A stretch of DNA of 59,073 bases, filler included. It is 6 parts of 6 records of this genome, joined end to end, with 100 filler letters (N's around TTAATTAATTAA, not from the genome) between each part and the next. Parts side by side here need not be neighbours in the genome. Positions count along the whole stretch, not along the records: positions 49,069 to 59,073 come from SRR31156797_8680; 5 more parts are not named here. One strand, 5' to 3'. Every line of letters begins with the position of its first letter. Positions within the stretch are counted from its first letter, which is position 1. The notes under the pieces are model-generated. The model was not told the origin of the DNA and ran no database searches. It saw only the letters and a list, made by a program, of their open reading frames with translations. A program made the translations under genes and the position numbers. This document shows positions 50,523-58,189 of this stretch, in pieces.

Positions 50523-51644
50523 CTAAACCCCTTCCCTTTCTTGTATCACTTCAAATATAACTGTTAAGTTAGAATCGTTTTCGTCTTTAGTTTCATACTT
50601 AAATAGCCAACCTAAATAAGGTATTTCACTAAGTAGTGGAACTTTGGATTGTGTTGTTTTTATTTCATTTTTGTTAATTCCAGTTAAAACCATTGCTTTA
50701 CCAACTGGCAAATGAAAAGATTGTGAGATAAACTTTTTTGAAGTTGTAGGAAGATTATCAGCATTATTTAAAACATTAGAGACATTAAGCTCTAAGTCTA
50801 AATAAACATTATCTTTTTCATAAATAGATGGTGTTACTGTTATTTGAAGTCCTACATCTTTATATTCATATGCAGAAGTAGTTTTAGTGTCATTATCAAC
50901 AACATTAAATATTGTTTTCTTTTCATCTGATAAAGTTAAGATAGGATTAGATACAAGTCTTGTATTTCCTTTTTTATGTAAGGCTTTAATAAAGCTATAA
51001 AACCCTTTTGACTCATTTGAGTCTAAAATATTTTTAACTGAAAAAGGATAAGAAACTAGATTAAGAAATAAGTTATTGTTTTCAGCTAAAACGATTTTTG
51101 TTGTATCTGACCCAAGCTCTTTTAACTTATTTAGATTTGTATCAATAATAGTAACTTTTAGTTTTAATTGTGTTGGTAATGTATCTATTACTTTAATCAT
51201 TTCATAGATACTTTTAAAGTCTTTTTCATTAGATTTGATAAGCAATATTTTAGAAGTTTTTATAAACTCAAATTTAATATCTTTATCATAAACAGATAAG
51301 AAGTTTTTTATATCATCAAACCTTACAAAGTTTAATTTAATACTTCTATATCTATGAGTCTCTTTATATATCTGTTTCTTTTGGATATAAAAGAAATCTT
51401 CAGTTTTTACAAGCTGTAAACCTCTTAACTGTAAAGCTTTTCTAAAAGCAGTAAGCATATAATTCTTTTTATCATTTACTATAAATATTATATTCTCTTC
51501 TTTTAGTTCTTCATCGATTAGAATATTTATATTATTTGTTTCACTTGCATAACTTGCAAATGTTACTAAGTTCATTTCAAGAGTTTCAGCTTTTAAACTA
51601 CTTACCAATAGAAAAAAGAGAATTATCTTTTTTAGTATCTTCAT
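50523..51644 (-). CDS. Phage secretin (pIV-like)
   Basis: Signal peptide; VSNPILTL, YKDVGLQITVTP, KVPLLSEIPYLGWLF. Confidence 0.92.
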   Translation of the reverse strand: MKILKKIILFFLLVSSLKAETLEMNLVTFASYASETNNINILIDEELKEENIIFIVNDKKNYMLTAFRKALQLRGLQLVKTEDFFYIQKKQIYKETHRYRSIKLNFVRFDDIKNFLSVYDKDIKFEFIKTSKILLIKSNEKDFKSIYEMIKVIDTLPTQLKLKVTIIDTNLNKLKELGSDTTKIVLAENNNLFLNLVSYPFSVKNILDSNESKGFYSFIKALHKKGNTRLVSNPILTLSDEKKTIFNVVDNDTKTTSAYEYKDVGLQITVTPSIYEKDNVYLDLELNVSNVLNNADNLPTTSKKFISQSFHLPVGKAMVLTGINKNEIKTTQSKVPLLSEIPYLGWLFKYETKDENDSNLTVIFEVIQEREGV

Positions 51645-52698
51645 TTTTAACCCCTTTATTATTTGATTGTGTTCTTATTATGAAATTGAAACTATTTTGA
51701 TTAGTGATTAAATAAAAAGTTGTATAGCTCTTAGTCTCTACAATTTTTATTCTATTTGAGTCTGCATATCTAATTAAGCTATCTATAAAATGATAAGGCA
51801 CTTCATAACTATAAGTATCAAGGTTTACAAAGCAAGTATCATTAAAACACTTGATTTTATATAACCTCTCATCTTCATTAAAAGCAATAGGAACTATTTT
51901 ATTAATAGATCTACTACTTTTAACTTGTTTTGAGGTTTGAGGTTTTTTATTTTCAACAGCTGCAGGTGCTGTTTTAATTTCTTCTTGTTTCTCAGGTTCA
52001 AACTGTTTTAAAAAACTAAGAGAGAGGAAACCTAAAAAAGTTAAGATGATAATAACTGCTGATAAATAATAATAAATAACGGGTGTGCCATTTATTGCCT
52101 TACCTGAAACATAAAGGTTAAATAATTCAGGTTTAACCTTGAAGCTCTCATAATGTTCAAAGTCATCTTTATTCATATTATAGTTAGAGAATACAGCATA
52201 TCTATAAACAGATTTTCTAAGTCTATACTTAGCACTAACTGATTTACAAAAGTAATGTATAGAGTTTCTATACTCTGTTCTAAATCGTGCTTTATTTGGA
52301 GTAATCAAGATAATATCTTGACTCATGTGTCTATGATACTCAATCCACCATAATAAAACTGTATCTTTATCTCTTGTAAGATAATGAGGTGCTTCATCTA
52401 CAATAATTAAACAGTTAAATAAGTTATACTCTTTTGCTTTTTCATTAAGCTCTGTATCTGTTTTTTTAAGAACAACAGATATATTATATAGCTCAACTAA
52501 TTTTTCATATAAATCATCAAAATCTAATTTATTAATCTTATCTGATTTACTAAAATCAAACTCATTGATATTAGTTAAAGCACAGTCATATTCTGACTTA
52601 TCTTTTGTCTTTGGATTAATAAAGTTATCATACAACTTATTAACTGCTTTTAAAGTCTTCCCTGAACCTTGTAAACCTATATATGCATATGCACTCAT
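51598..52698 (-). CDS. Zot/pI-like assembly ATPase
   Basis: N-terminal Walker A GLQGSGKT, Walker B IIVDEA, YHRH..QDIILIT, single TM. Confidence 0.93.
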   Translation of the reverse strand: MSAYAYIGLQGSGKTLKAVNKLYDNFINPKTKDKSEYDCALTNINEFDFSKSDKINKLDFDDLYEKLVELYNISVVLKKTDTELNEKAKEYNLFNCLIIVDEAPHYLTRDKDTVLLWWIEYHRHMSQDIILITPNKARFRTEYRNSIHYFCKSVSAKYRLRKSVYRYAVFSNYNMNKDDFEHYESFKVKPELFNLYVSGKAINGTPVIYYYLSAVIIILTFLGFLSLSFLKQFEPEKQEEIKTAPAAVENKKPQTSKQVKSSRSINKIVPIAFNEDERLYKIKCFNDTCFVNLDTYSYEVPYHFIDSLIRYADSNRIKIVETKSYTTFYLITNQNSFNFIIRTQSNNKGVKNEDTKKDNSLFSIGK

Positions 52699-52706
52699 GT
52701 TAATCC

Positions 52707-53132
52707 TTACTTAGCAGTTATTAAAGCTATTTGGAATAGCTCTCTTGCAATTAAACTCATAGTATCAAGTGTAATTTTCGAAAGAACAAGAAGAAAATAA
52801 GTGATTAAAACCAAAGAGAATAACGGCAAATGCTCTTGTATTGCAGTAAAAAGTCCTAAGTTATGAAGTATCTTAAAAGGTACATCAAAAATAGCTGGGT
52901 GATTAACTGCTAAATTATTAAAAATATCAAATAAAGTATGCAATGCATTAAATACTTTAATTGCAAGAGTAAAAAGCATTGTAACTATGGCCATTCTAGT
53001 AACTACTATAATGCCAAGAACTGCAAACTGAAAAGGAAGTATTAGACCTTTTACAAATATTGTTTTTCCAATCCAAGAAAAAAAGCTTAATACTACTCCA
53101 CCCGTTACAAAAAGTGCTAATAATTGAGGCAT
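52707..53132 (-). CDS. pVI-like hydrophobic minor coat protein
   Basis: 141 aa, highly hydrophobic, between pIII and Zot. Confidence 0.7.
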   Translation of the reverse strand: MPQLLALFVTGGVVLSFFSWIGKTIFVKGLILPFQFAVLGIIVVTRMAIVTMLFTLAIKVFNALHTLFDIFNNLAVNHPAIFDVPFKILHNLGLFTAIQEHLPLFSLVLITYFLLVLSKITLDTMSLIARELFQIALITAK

Positions 53133-54433
53133 TATAAACTCCTAAAAGTAATCATTGCAAGTTTAAAAATACCAAGTAAAATAACTGCATAGAAGAAAGT
53201 ATAAAAGATAGTGTAAAACATAACTAAGATATTAATATTTGAGTTTGGAAGAGTTGCATTTGACATCATCTCACAAACATCAAAATTAATTTCCATTTGA
53301 TTTTCTAAGACTGTTAGCTCATAATTTAAAGGACAAGTTTCATATAAAGTTGTTTGATAATCAAAAGAAAAGCCATTATCTTTTATATAAGCTATCTTAT
53401 CAGTATAGGTATTTTTTAAAGAATTAAAATCATTAGTAAAGTTAGTAACTAACTCTTTGATTTCAGGGATAACTGTATTATCATAAAAACTACTTGCATC
53501 TTCTAAAGGATTTTCTATTGAGGGAATATCAGCATTTAAGGTCTCATTGATATTCTTTAAACTTGCATTCATTTCAGCTAGTGCAACATCATTTGAAATA
53601 TCCCCACCAGTATTTCCTCCATTATCGCCACCAGTTTCCCCTCCAGTATCTCCACCCGTTCCAGTGTCTCCTCCAGTATTACCACCAGTATCTCCACCGT
53701 GTACATCAGGGTCATATGGAACCTCTGATACTGTTCCATCTTCTTCAACTGTAAAAACGGGGTCATCTTCTGTAAAAGTTGTTGAAATAGTTTCTAGTTG
53801 CCCCTGTGAATTAGTTGCAGAAAAAGAAAAAGACTCAATAGCTCCTGTTGTTTCGTTATAAATAATTGAATCGGAATCAATACCACTAACATCGGTTAAA
53901 TTATTATCTCTTGCAATCTTATCTCTTTTTAGAATTGCATCAGCTAGATTTCTTTGATTATAATCAGGTTTTATACAACTAGAATTATTAATTTGTAAAT
54001 AAGAAGTGTTACAAACTAAAGTACCATCATATGGATTAAAATATAATCCATTTTCTACAGTTGTTTTATCGTATGGAATACCACCATAATAAACAATATC
54101 ATTGCCGTCTAAATCTTTAGTCAAGTCTATTGATGAACATAAAACAAGATTAAAAAACCAAGCTCTTTCATGAAAGACAATTGATTTAGAACCACTACAA
54201 GTATCAGCTTTAATGTAAGAACTTGAAGCAGACTCTTTATAAGTATTTTTACAAAAGTATTGAATGTTACTAGTCTCATCGTAATTAGTAATATAATTTC
54301 TTGCAATTTCTCTTGTATAACACATATCAGGATTAGTAATCTCTTTAATAGGTGTGTATCTTGGTGTCTTATACTCCCATAGTGCATGAGAAGAGGAAAT
54401 AAACAAAATAGTTAGTGATAGTATTCTTTTCAT
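53132..54433 (-). CDS. pIII-like receptor-binding/attachment protein
   Basis: Signal peptide, Cys-containing N-domain, GG(D/N/E)TG linker repeats, CP...C domain and C-terminal TM. Confidence 0.85.
   Translation of the reverse strand: MKRILSLTILFISSSHALWEYKTPRYTPIKEITNPDMCYTREIARNYITNYDETSNIQYFCKNTYKESASSSYIKADTCSGSKSIVFHERAWFFNLVLCSSIDLTKDLDGNDIVYYGGIPYDKTTVENGLYFNPYDGTLVCNTSYLQINNSSCIKPDYNQRNLADAILKRDKIARDNNLTDVSGIDSDSIIYNETTGAIESFSFSATNSQGQLETISTTFTEDDPVFTVEEDGTVSEVPYDPDVHGGDTGGNTGGDTGTGGDTGGETGGDNGGNTGGDISNDVALAEMNASLKNINETLNADIPSIENPLEDASSFYDNTVIPEIKELVTNFTNDFNSLKNTYTDKIAYIKDNGFSFDYQTTLYETCPLNYELTVLENQMEINFDVCEMMSNATLPNSNINILVMFYTIFYTFFYAVILLGIFKLAMITFRSL
53600..53700 (-). repeat. Gly-rich tandem repeats in pIII linker
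   Basis: GGDTGGNTGGDTGTGGDTGGETGGDNGGNTGGD. Confidence 0.85.
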
Positions 54434-54434
54434 A

Positions 54435-54560
54435 TTAAACCTTTTTAATCAGGTCTAAAATGGCTATAAATGGCAAAGATACAAACATTGTATAAATTGG
54501 AAAAGAGAAGAAGTAATTTAAAGCTTGATTACTTGTAAGCTCAATAACAAAGAAGTCCAT
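54435..54560 (-). CDS. 41-aa single-TM protein, pVII/pIX-like (not in ORF track)
   Basis: MDFFVIELTSNQALNYFFSFPIYTMFVSLPFIAILDLIKKV*; AAGGA RBS; exactly fills the gap between neighbours. Confidence 0.7.
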   Translation of the reverse strand: MDFFVIELTSNQALNYFFSFPIYTMFVSLPFIAILDLIKKV

Positions 54561-54561
54561 A

Positions 54562-54900
54562 TTAAATCCTTTTTTGAATAGCTGAAACAATTAAAAAAGC
54601 ACAAAGTAGACCAGTAAGACCAGATAAGAAATTAAACTGCATTTCATTAAGACCATAATATTTCTTTAAAGCAGACTCACAAGCATAAGTATCATCATTG
54701 TAAAAGAAGAAACCATCGCTTGAAACTAGTTCTTGAATTTTAGATTTTGACTCAGTTGTTCTTATAGTTCTTCCAGAGCTATATTCAATAATCAAAGTAC
54801 TATTATCATAAGTGTAGTAATTATCAACGCATTTACCGTTATAAATAGTTTCTGCATTTAATAAAATTGCAAAGCTTAATAAAATAAAGTATTTAAACAT
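54562..54900 (-). CDS. Phage protein with signal peptide, Cys pair and C-terminal TM (putative minor coat)
   Basis: 112 aa; N-terminal signal; TM FLSGLTGLLCAFLIVSAI followed by a basic tail. Confidence 0.7.
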   Translation of the reverse strand: MFKYFILLSFAILLNAETIYNGKCVDNYYTYDNSTLIIEYSSGRTIRTTESKSKIQELVSSDGFFFYNDDTYACESALKKYYGLNEMQFNFLSGLTGLLCAFLIVSAIQKRI

Positions 54901-55017
54901 CTATCTAATCCTTTTAAGAACTTTAATAGCTTGTTCAACTATGAGAGTAGAAAATTTAAAAATGATTACGATTGCAAAGATTGAAGAGATGATTTTTAAA
55001 GCAGTAACAGTAAACAT
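54901..55017 (-). CDS. 38-aa single-TM protein, putative minor coat (not in ORF track)
   Basis: MFTVTALKIISSIFAIVIIFKFSTLIVEQAIKVLKRIR*; AAAGG RBS; stop abuts the next ATG. Confidence 0.65.
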   Translation of the reverse strand: MFTVTALKIISSIFAIVIIFKFSTLIVEQAIKVLKRIR

Positions 55018-55030
55018 TTTTAACCTTTCT

Positions 55031-55058
55031 AAAAGTAGTGAGGGAGGAACTCACTACT
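55031..55058 (-). terminator. Terminator after the major coat gene
   Basis: AGTAGTGAG/CTCACTACT 9-bp stem plus T-run on the minus strand; same position as the Ff central terminator. Confidence 0.75.
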
Positions 55059-55065
55059 ATATTTT

Positions 55066-55299
55066 TTAACCTCTTTTAGCTTGCCCAAACATTTTGAACA
55101 TTAAACCTATAACAATTGTTGTACCCATAACTGCTAATACAATTGGAATAGCAGATTGATATGGACCCATATCAACAGCACCTGAAATCTTTCCAGTTGC
55201 TTCATCATAAGTTACCGCTGCTTGAGCAGAAACAGATAAAATAGTAGCACCAGCTACAACACCTAAAGCTTTTGTTTTTTTACCAAGTTTTTTAAACAT
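55066..55299 (-). CDS. Major coat protein (pVIII-like)
   Basis: 77 aa; basic signal peptide ending AQA; short mature part with one TM and a basic C-terminus. Confidence 0.85.
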   Translation of the reverse strand: MFKKLGKKTKALGVVAGATILSVSAQAAVTYDEATGKISGAVDMGPYQSAIPIVLAVMGTTIVIGLMFKMFGQAKRG

Positions 55300-55390
55300 G
55301 ATTTTTCCTTATATATTAAATTTGTAAAACTCACGGGACTAGTATTTGTAAGCTTTATCAATTTAATAGCTAGGTGTAGGAATTAACCTA

Positions 55391-55738
55391 CTAACTAGCT
55401 TTTTTACTATCAGTTGTTTTTGTATCATTATTTTGAACTAATGGATTAGTGTCAAAAATTGTGTAGTTCATGTTTTCATCAGGTAATACCCAAGCACCTT
55501 TTGGACTTGAAATAAATACATGAGGAATAACAATAAACTTGTTTAAATTTGATTTGAAATTTTCAACTTCTGATGATGGAAACTGTATATTTTCTGTTGC
55601 AAGAACTAACTCTCCATTTTTGTCATAATCTTCATACTGTACGATTACTTCACAATTGGCTACCATTGCTTGAGTAGTTTTATCTTTTCTTGTAACAACT
55701 TTTGCGCCTTTAATTTGTCCGAAAATATGGTAATGCAT
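55391..55738 (-). CDS. pV-like single-stranded DNA-binding protein
   Basis: 115 aa, beta-rich soluble protein directly upstream of the coat gene; assigned mainly by position. Confidence 0.6.
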   Translation of the reverse strand: MHYHIFGQIKGAKVVTRKDKTTQAMVANCEVIVQYEDYDKNGELVLATENIQFPSSEVENFKSNLNKFIVIPHVFISSPKGAWVLPDENMNYTIFDTNPLVQNNDTKTTDSKKAS

Positions 55739-55767
55739 ATTTAACCCCTTTTGTTAATTTATATTTT

Positions 55768-55811
55768 GACCCCTTTAACATAACGGACTATGCGGGGTCT
55801 TGCTTAGTCCG
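55768..55811 (-). ncRNA. Predicted H-type pseudoknot in the leader of the pV-like gene
   Basis: Stem 1 CGGACTA/TAGTCCG (7 bp); loop GACCCC pairs with GGGGTC 10 nt downstream (6 bp). Confidence 0.55.
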
Positions 55812-55862
55812 AGAGTGTAAACACTCTATAAACCCAACTATTAAAAGTTAGGCCTAAGAGGG

Positions 55863-56069
55863 TTATAAATAATCTTCAAAGTCAAGAATATGTTTGAATT
55901 CATCTGCTGCTTCATCTTCATAACCAGCTTCAACTAATTGCTCTGCTGCTTGTTCTGCTTCATCATATAAAGAAGCAATAGAACTACTAAAAGAATTATA
56001 TAGTTCACCCATTCTGTCTGCATTATCTTCTATTATTGAAAGTAACTCTTCTTTTTCTTCACATGTCAT
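55863..56069 (-). CDS. Small very acidic phage protein
   Basis: 68 aa, about 21 D/E against 3 K/R by hand count; AAGGA RBS. Confidence 0.75.
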   Translation of the reverse strand: MTCEEKEELLSIIEDNADRMGELYNSFSSSIASLYDEAEQAAEQLVEAGYEDEAADEFKHILDFEDYL

Positions 56070-56078
56070 GTTTATCCT

Positions 56079-56513
56079 TTAAGCTGTTTGTTCAAATAGT
56101 GAATTTGATTTTTGATTAGCTGATAAATCAGCACCAAGGTTATTAAGTTTTTTAAGAGTTGATTTTTTTAACTTCTTTAAATTGTTTGTTTTACTAAGGC
56201 TTAATTTAAAGTTATTAAGTTTCTCATTAATATCTTTTAGAGTATTTTCTAAAAGCTGTTTTTCATTGAGTTTTAAAAAGTCATAAATGTTTTTTTGTTG
56301 GTTTGAATAAAATCTAATTGATTGAATATCATCAAAGAAAAAGCTCTTTTCATTACCGTACATATCTGTACCAGTTAATGAATTTCCGTTAATGTCATCA
56401 ATCATGTAATTAATGCCACCTACTTTTACAATATCCGTAATCTTTATGATTATATTTGTCTTATCATAAGAATTTTGATAAGATTTAGTTGTATTTAGTG
56501 TATTTTTTTGCAT
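56079..56513 (-). CDS. Phage hypothetical protein, first gene of the leftward operon (144 aa)
   Basis: AGGGG RBS and ATG at 56513, downstream of a consensus promoter. Confidence 0.7.
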   Translation of the reverse strand: MQKNTLNTTKSYQNSYDKTNIIIKITDIVKVGGINYMIDDINGNSLTGTDMYGNEKSFFFDDIQSIRFYSNQQKNIYDFLKLNEKQLLENTLKDINEKLNNFKLSLSKTNNLKKLKKSTLKKLNNLGADLSANQKSNSLFEQTA

Positions 56514-56556
56514 TTTGACCCCTAGTAAAAATGTAATTAAATAAATTATTGAGAGA

Positions 56557-56585
56557 ATTATAACACATATTGTAATATATGTCAA
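56557..56585 (-). promoter_or_regulatory. Consensus sigma70 promoter driving the phage operon
   Basis: TTGACA (56585-56580), 17-nt spacer, TATAAT (56562-56557). Confidence 0.85.
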
Positions 56586-56607
56586 TAGGATTTAACACAA
56601 AATGTTA
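56561..56607. promoter_or_regulatory. Two putative repressor operators
   Basis: TAACACATATTGTAA (56561-56575, in the promoter spacer) and TAACACAAAATGTTA (56593-56607, over the repressor start). Confidence 0.55.
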
Positions 56608-56913
56608 TATTTTGAAGAAATTATAAATAGATTAAAAGAAAGCCTTAAAATAGGGACTGATAAGCAAGTTTATGAATTAATGAATGTAAAACAAGCAACA
56701 TTCACTAATTGGAGAACACGGAATAAAATACCATTTGAAGAAATAAACACGATTTGTGTTAATAAAAAATTAGATATAAATTACATATTAAATGGTATTA
56801 AAAAAGAACAAATAACTATTAACTACAAAGAAGAAATCATAAAATCGCTTGATACTTTAAGTAATAATGACATAAAAAGCGTATATCACTTTGTAAAGTC
56901 TAAAGAAAATTGA
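56602..56913 (+). CDS. CI-like HTH repressor
   Basis: IINRLK...TDKQVYELMNVKQATFTNWRTRNKIPF...LDINYILNG; divergent from the phage operon. Confidence 0.85.
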   Translation: MLYFEEIINRLKESLKIGTDKQVYELMNVKQATFTNWRTRNKIPFEEINTICVNKKLDINYILNGIKKEQITINYKEEIIKSLDTLSNNDIKSVYHFVKSKEN

Positions 56914-56959
56914 ACAATTATTTTTATATAATCCTTTTTGTTATACAAAGGGGTCAAAA

Positions 56960-57460
56960 TTGTTAACTAAACTAAAAAAAATATTCTTAAAAGAAATTGT
57001 GGAAAAAATTCCACAAAAAATAGAAACTGCTACAAATGAAGAAAAACCACAAGAAAAGAAAAAACTATCATATAGGGAAAAAATTGCCAAAGGCAAAAAG
57101 TATGAACTACAAGTTGTTGAATATTTTGAAATGAATGGATACTCTATTGAACATAGAGGAGCTACAAAGAAGAAAAAAGACAAAGGTATTGATATTTTAG
57201 CAAAGAGAGAAAATATCTACTATCTAATACAATGTAAGAACTACGCACCTACTACAAAAATCAAACATAATCTAATAAAAGAATTTAATAGCAACTGCTT
57301 AGATTTCATTAATGCTAATGAAAATAAATTAAATAGAGAAAATACAAAATTTGTTTTTGCCATAGCTCATAGGGAATCACTAGAAAAGTGTGCAATTCAT
57401 TATTTAAAAGATACAAATAATAAATGCGAATTTATGGAAATTAAATATTATGAAAATTAA
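56960..57460 (+). CDS. Mrr-like restriction endonuclease domain protein
   Basis: GKKYE...DKGIDIL...LIQCKNY, the Mrr_cat-type D..QxK signature. Confidence 0.82.
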   Translation: MLTKLKKIFLKEIVEKIPQKIETATNEEKPQEKKKLSYREKIAKGKKYELQVVEYFEMNGYSIEHRGATKKKKDKGIDILAKRENIYYLIQCKNYAPTTKIKHNLIKEFNSNCLDFINANENKLNRENTKFVFAIAHRESLEKCAIHYLKDTNNKCEFMEIKYYEN

Positions 57461-57501
57461 TCATAATTATATAATAAAATTAAAATAAAAGGGTTAAAAC
57501 T

Positions 57502-58044
57502 TTGAATATAGATATAAATACAATATTAACTTCGTTAATATCATCGGTTACAGTTGCCGGTATGATAATTTATGTAGCAAAAAAGGGTTTTGAAAAAATA
57601 TTAGATCACAAATTTAAGGAAGCAGAAGAAAATATAAAAGAAAAAAATAGAAGAGAAGCTAAAATTTACGATGATCAATATGCTATATTAAAATCTTCAC
57701 TTAGCATATTCTATAGACTTAGAAATAAAGCAAGAGATATTACTGAAAACCTAGATAAACAATCAGTTGAAATTGAAGAACAAATAAATGAATTAACTAA
57801 TCTTATAAAATTATTAAGAGAGTTACTTCTTGCGGAAAGAGCATTAATTCCAGAACATTTATTTACATTATTACATGAGTTAATACATTGTGTTGCAAAA
57901 TTTAAAAACATAGTTAAATTTGTAGTGGAAAATAAAACAAAAGAAAACAAAGAGAAATATTTAAAAGATATAAAAAATTCCTATATAATAATAAATAAAT
58001 CATTTGAAATTTTTGATAAAGATATTAGAAAAATAATTTATTAA
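57502..58044 (+). CDS. Hypothetical protein with N-terminal TM and helical body
   Basis: 180 aa; TTG start after AAGGG; hydrophobic residues about 8-26. Confidence 0.7.
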   Translation: MNIDINTILTSLISSVTVAGMIIYVAKKGFEKILDHKFKEAEENIKEKNRREAKIYDDQYAILKSSLSIFYRLRNKARDITENLDKQSVEIEEQINELTNLIKLLRELLLAERALIPEHLFTLLHELIHCVAKFKNIVKFVVENKTKENKEKYLKDIKNSYIIINKSFEIFDKDIRKIIY

Positions 58045-58140
58045 AATGGATGGAAGAGTTAAAAAATAAAGTAGAAATTGATAAAAAACTTTAAAATTAG
58101 AAATTAACAATGGAAAATTTAATATAAAATATTGTTAAAA

Positions 58141-58161
58141 CTGTGACACAAGCTGTGACAC
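58141..58161 (+). repeat. Direct repeat CTGTGACAC x2 (possible integrase arm-type site)
   Basis: CTGTGACAC-AAG-CTGTGACAC in otherwise AT-rich intergenic DNA. Confidence 0.5.
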
Positions 58162-58189
58162 CTTTTTGATAAAATTCGAAGGAACAAAA

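Larger units (their letters stand above)
49069..58165 (-). mobile_element. Filamentous phage (Inoviridae-type) prophage, Campylobacterota/Arcobacter-like host; right boundary approximate
   Basis: Co-oriented ssDNA-binding, major coat, small TM, Gly-rich pIII, pVI, Zot, secretin and HUH Rep genes; divergent repressor. Confidence 0.92.

Noticed and set aside
51598..52698. Zot as an enterotoxin/virulence gene
   Set aside because: Context shows it is the phage assembly ATPase; toxin activity cannot be inferred from the sequence.
53600..53700. Tandem 12-18 bp repeats as a CRISPR array or VNTR
   Set aside because: They encode the pIII Gly-rich linker. I found no repeat-spacer array anywhere in the window.
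56514..56585. TTG start at 56585 giving a 168-aa protein with an N-terminal TM
   Set aside because: That TTG is the -35 box of a consensus promoter; ATG 56513 has the RBS.
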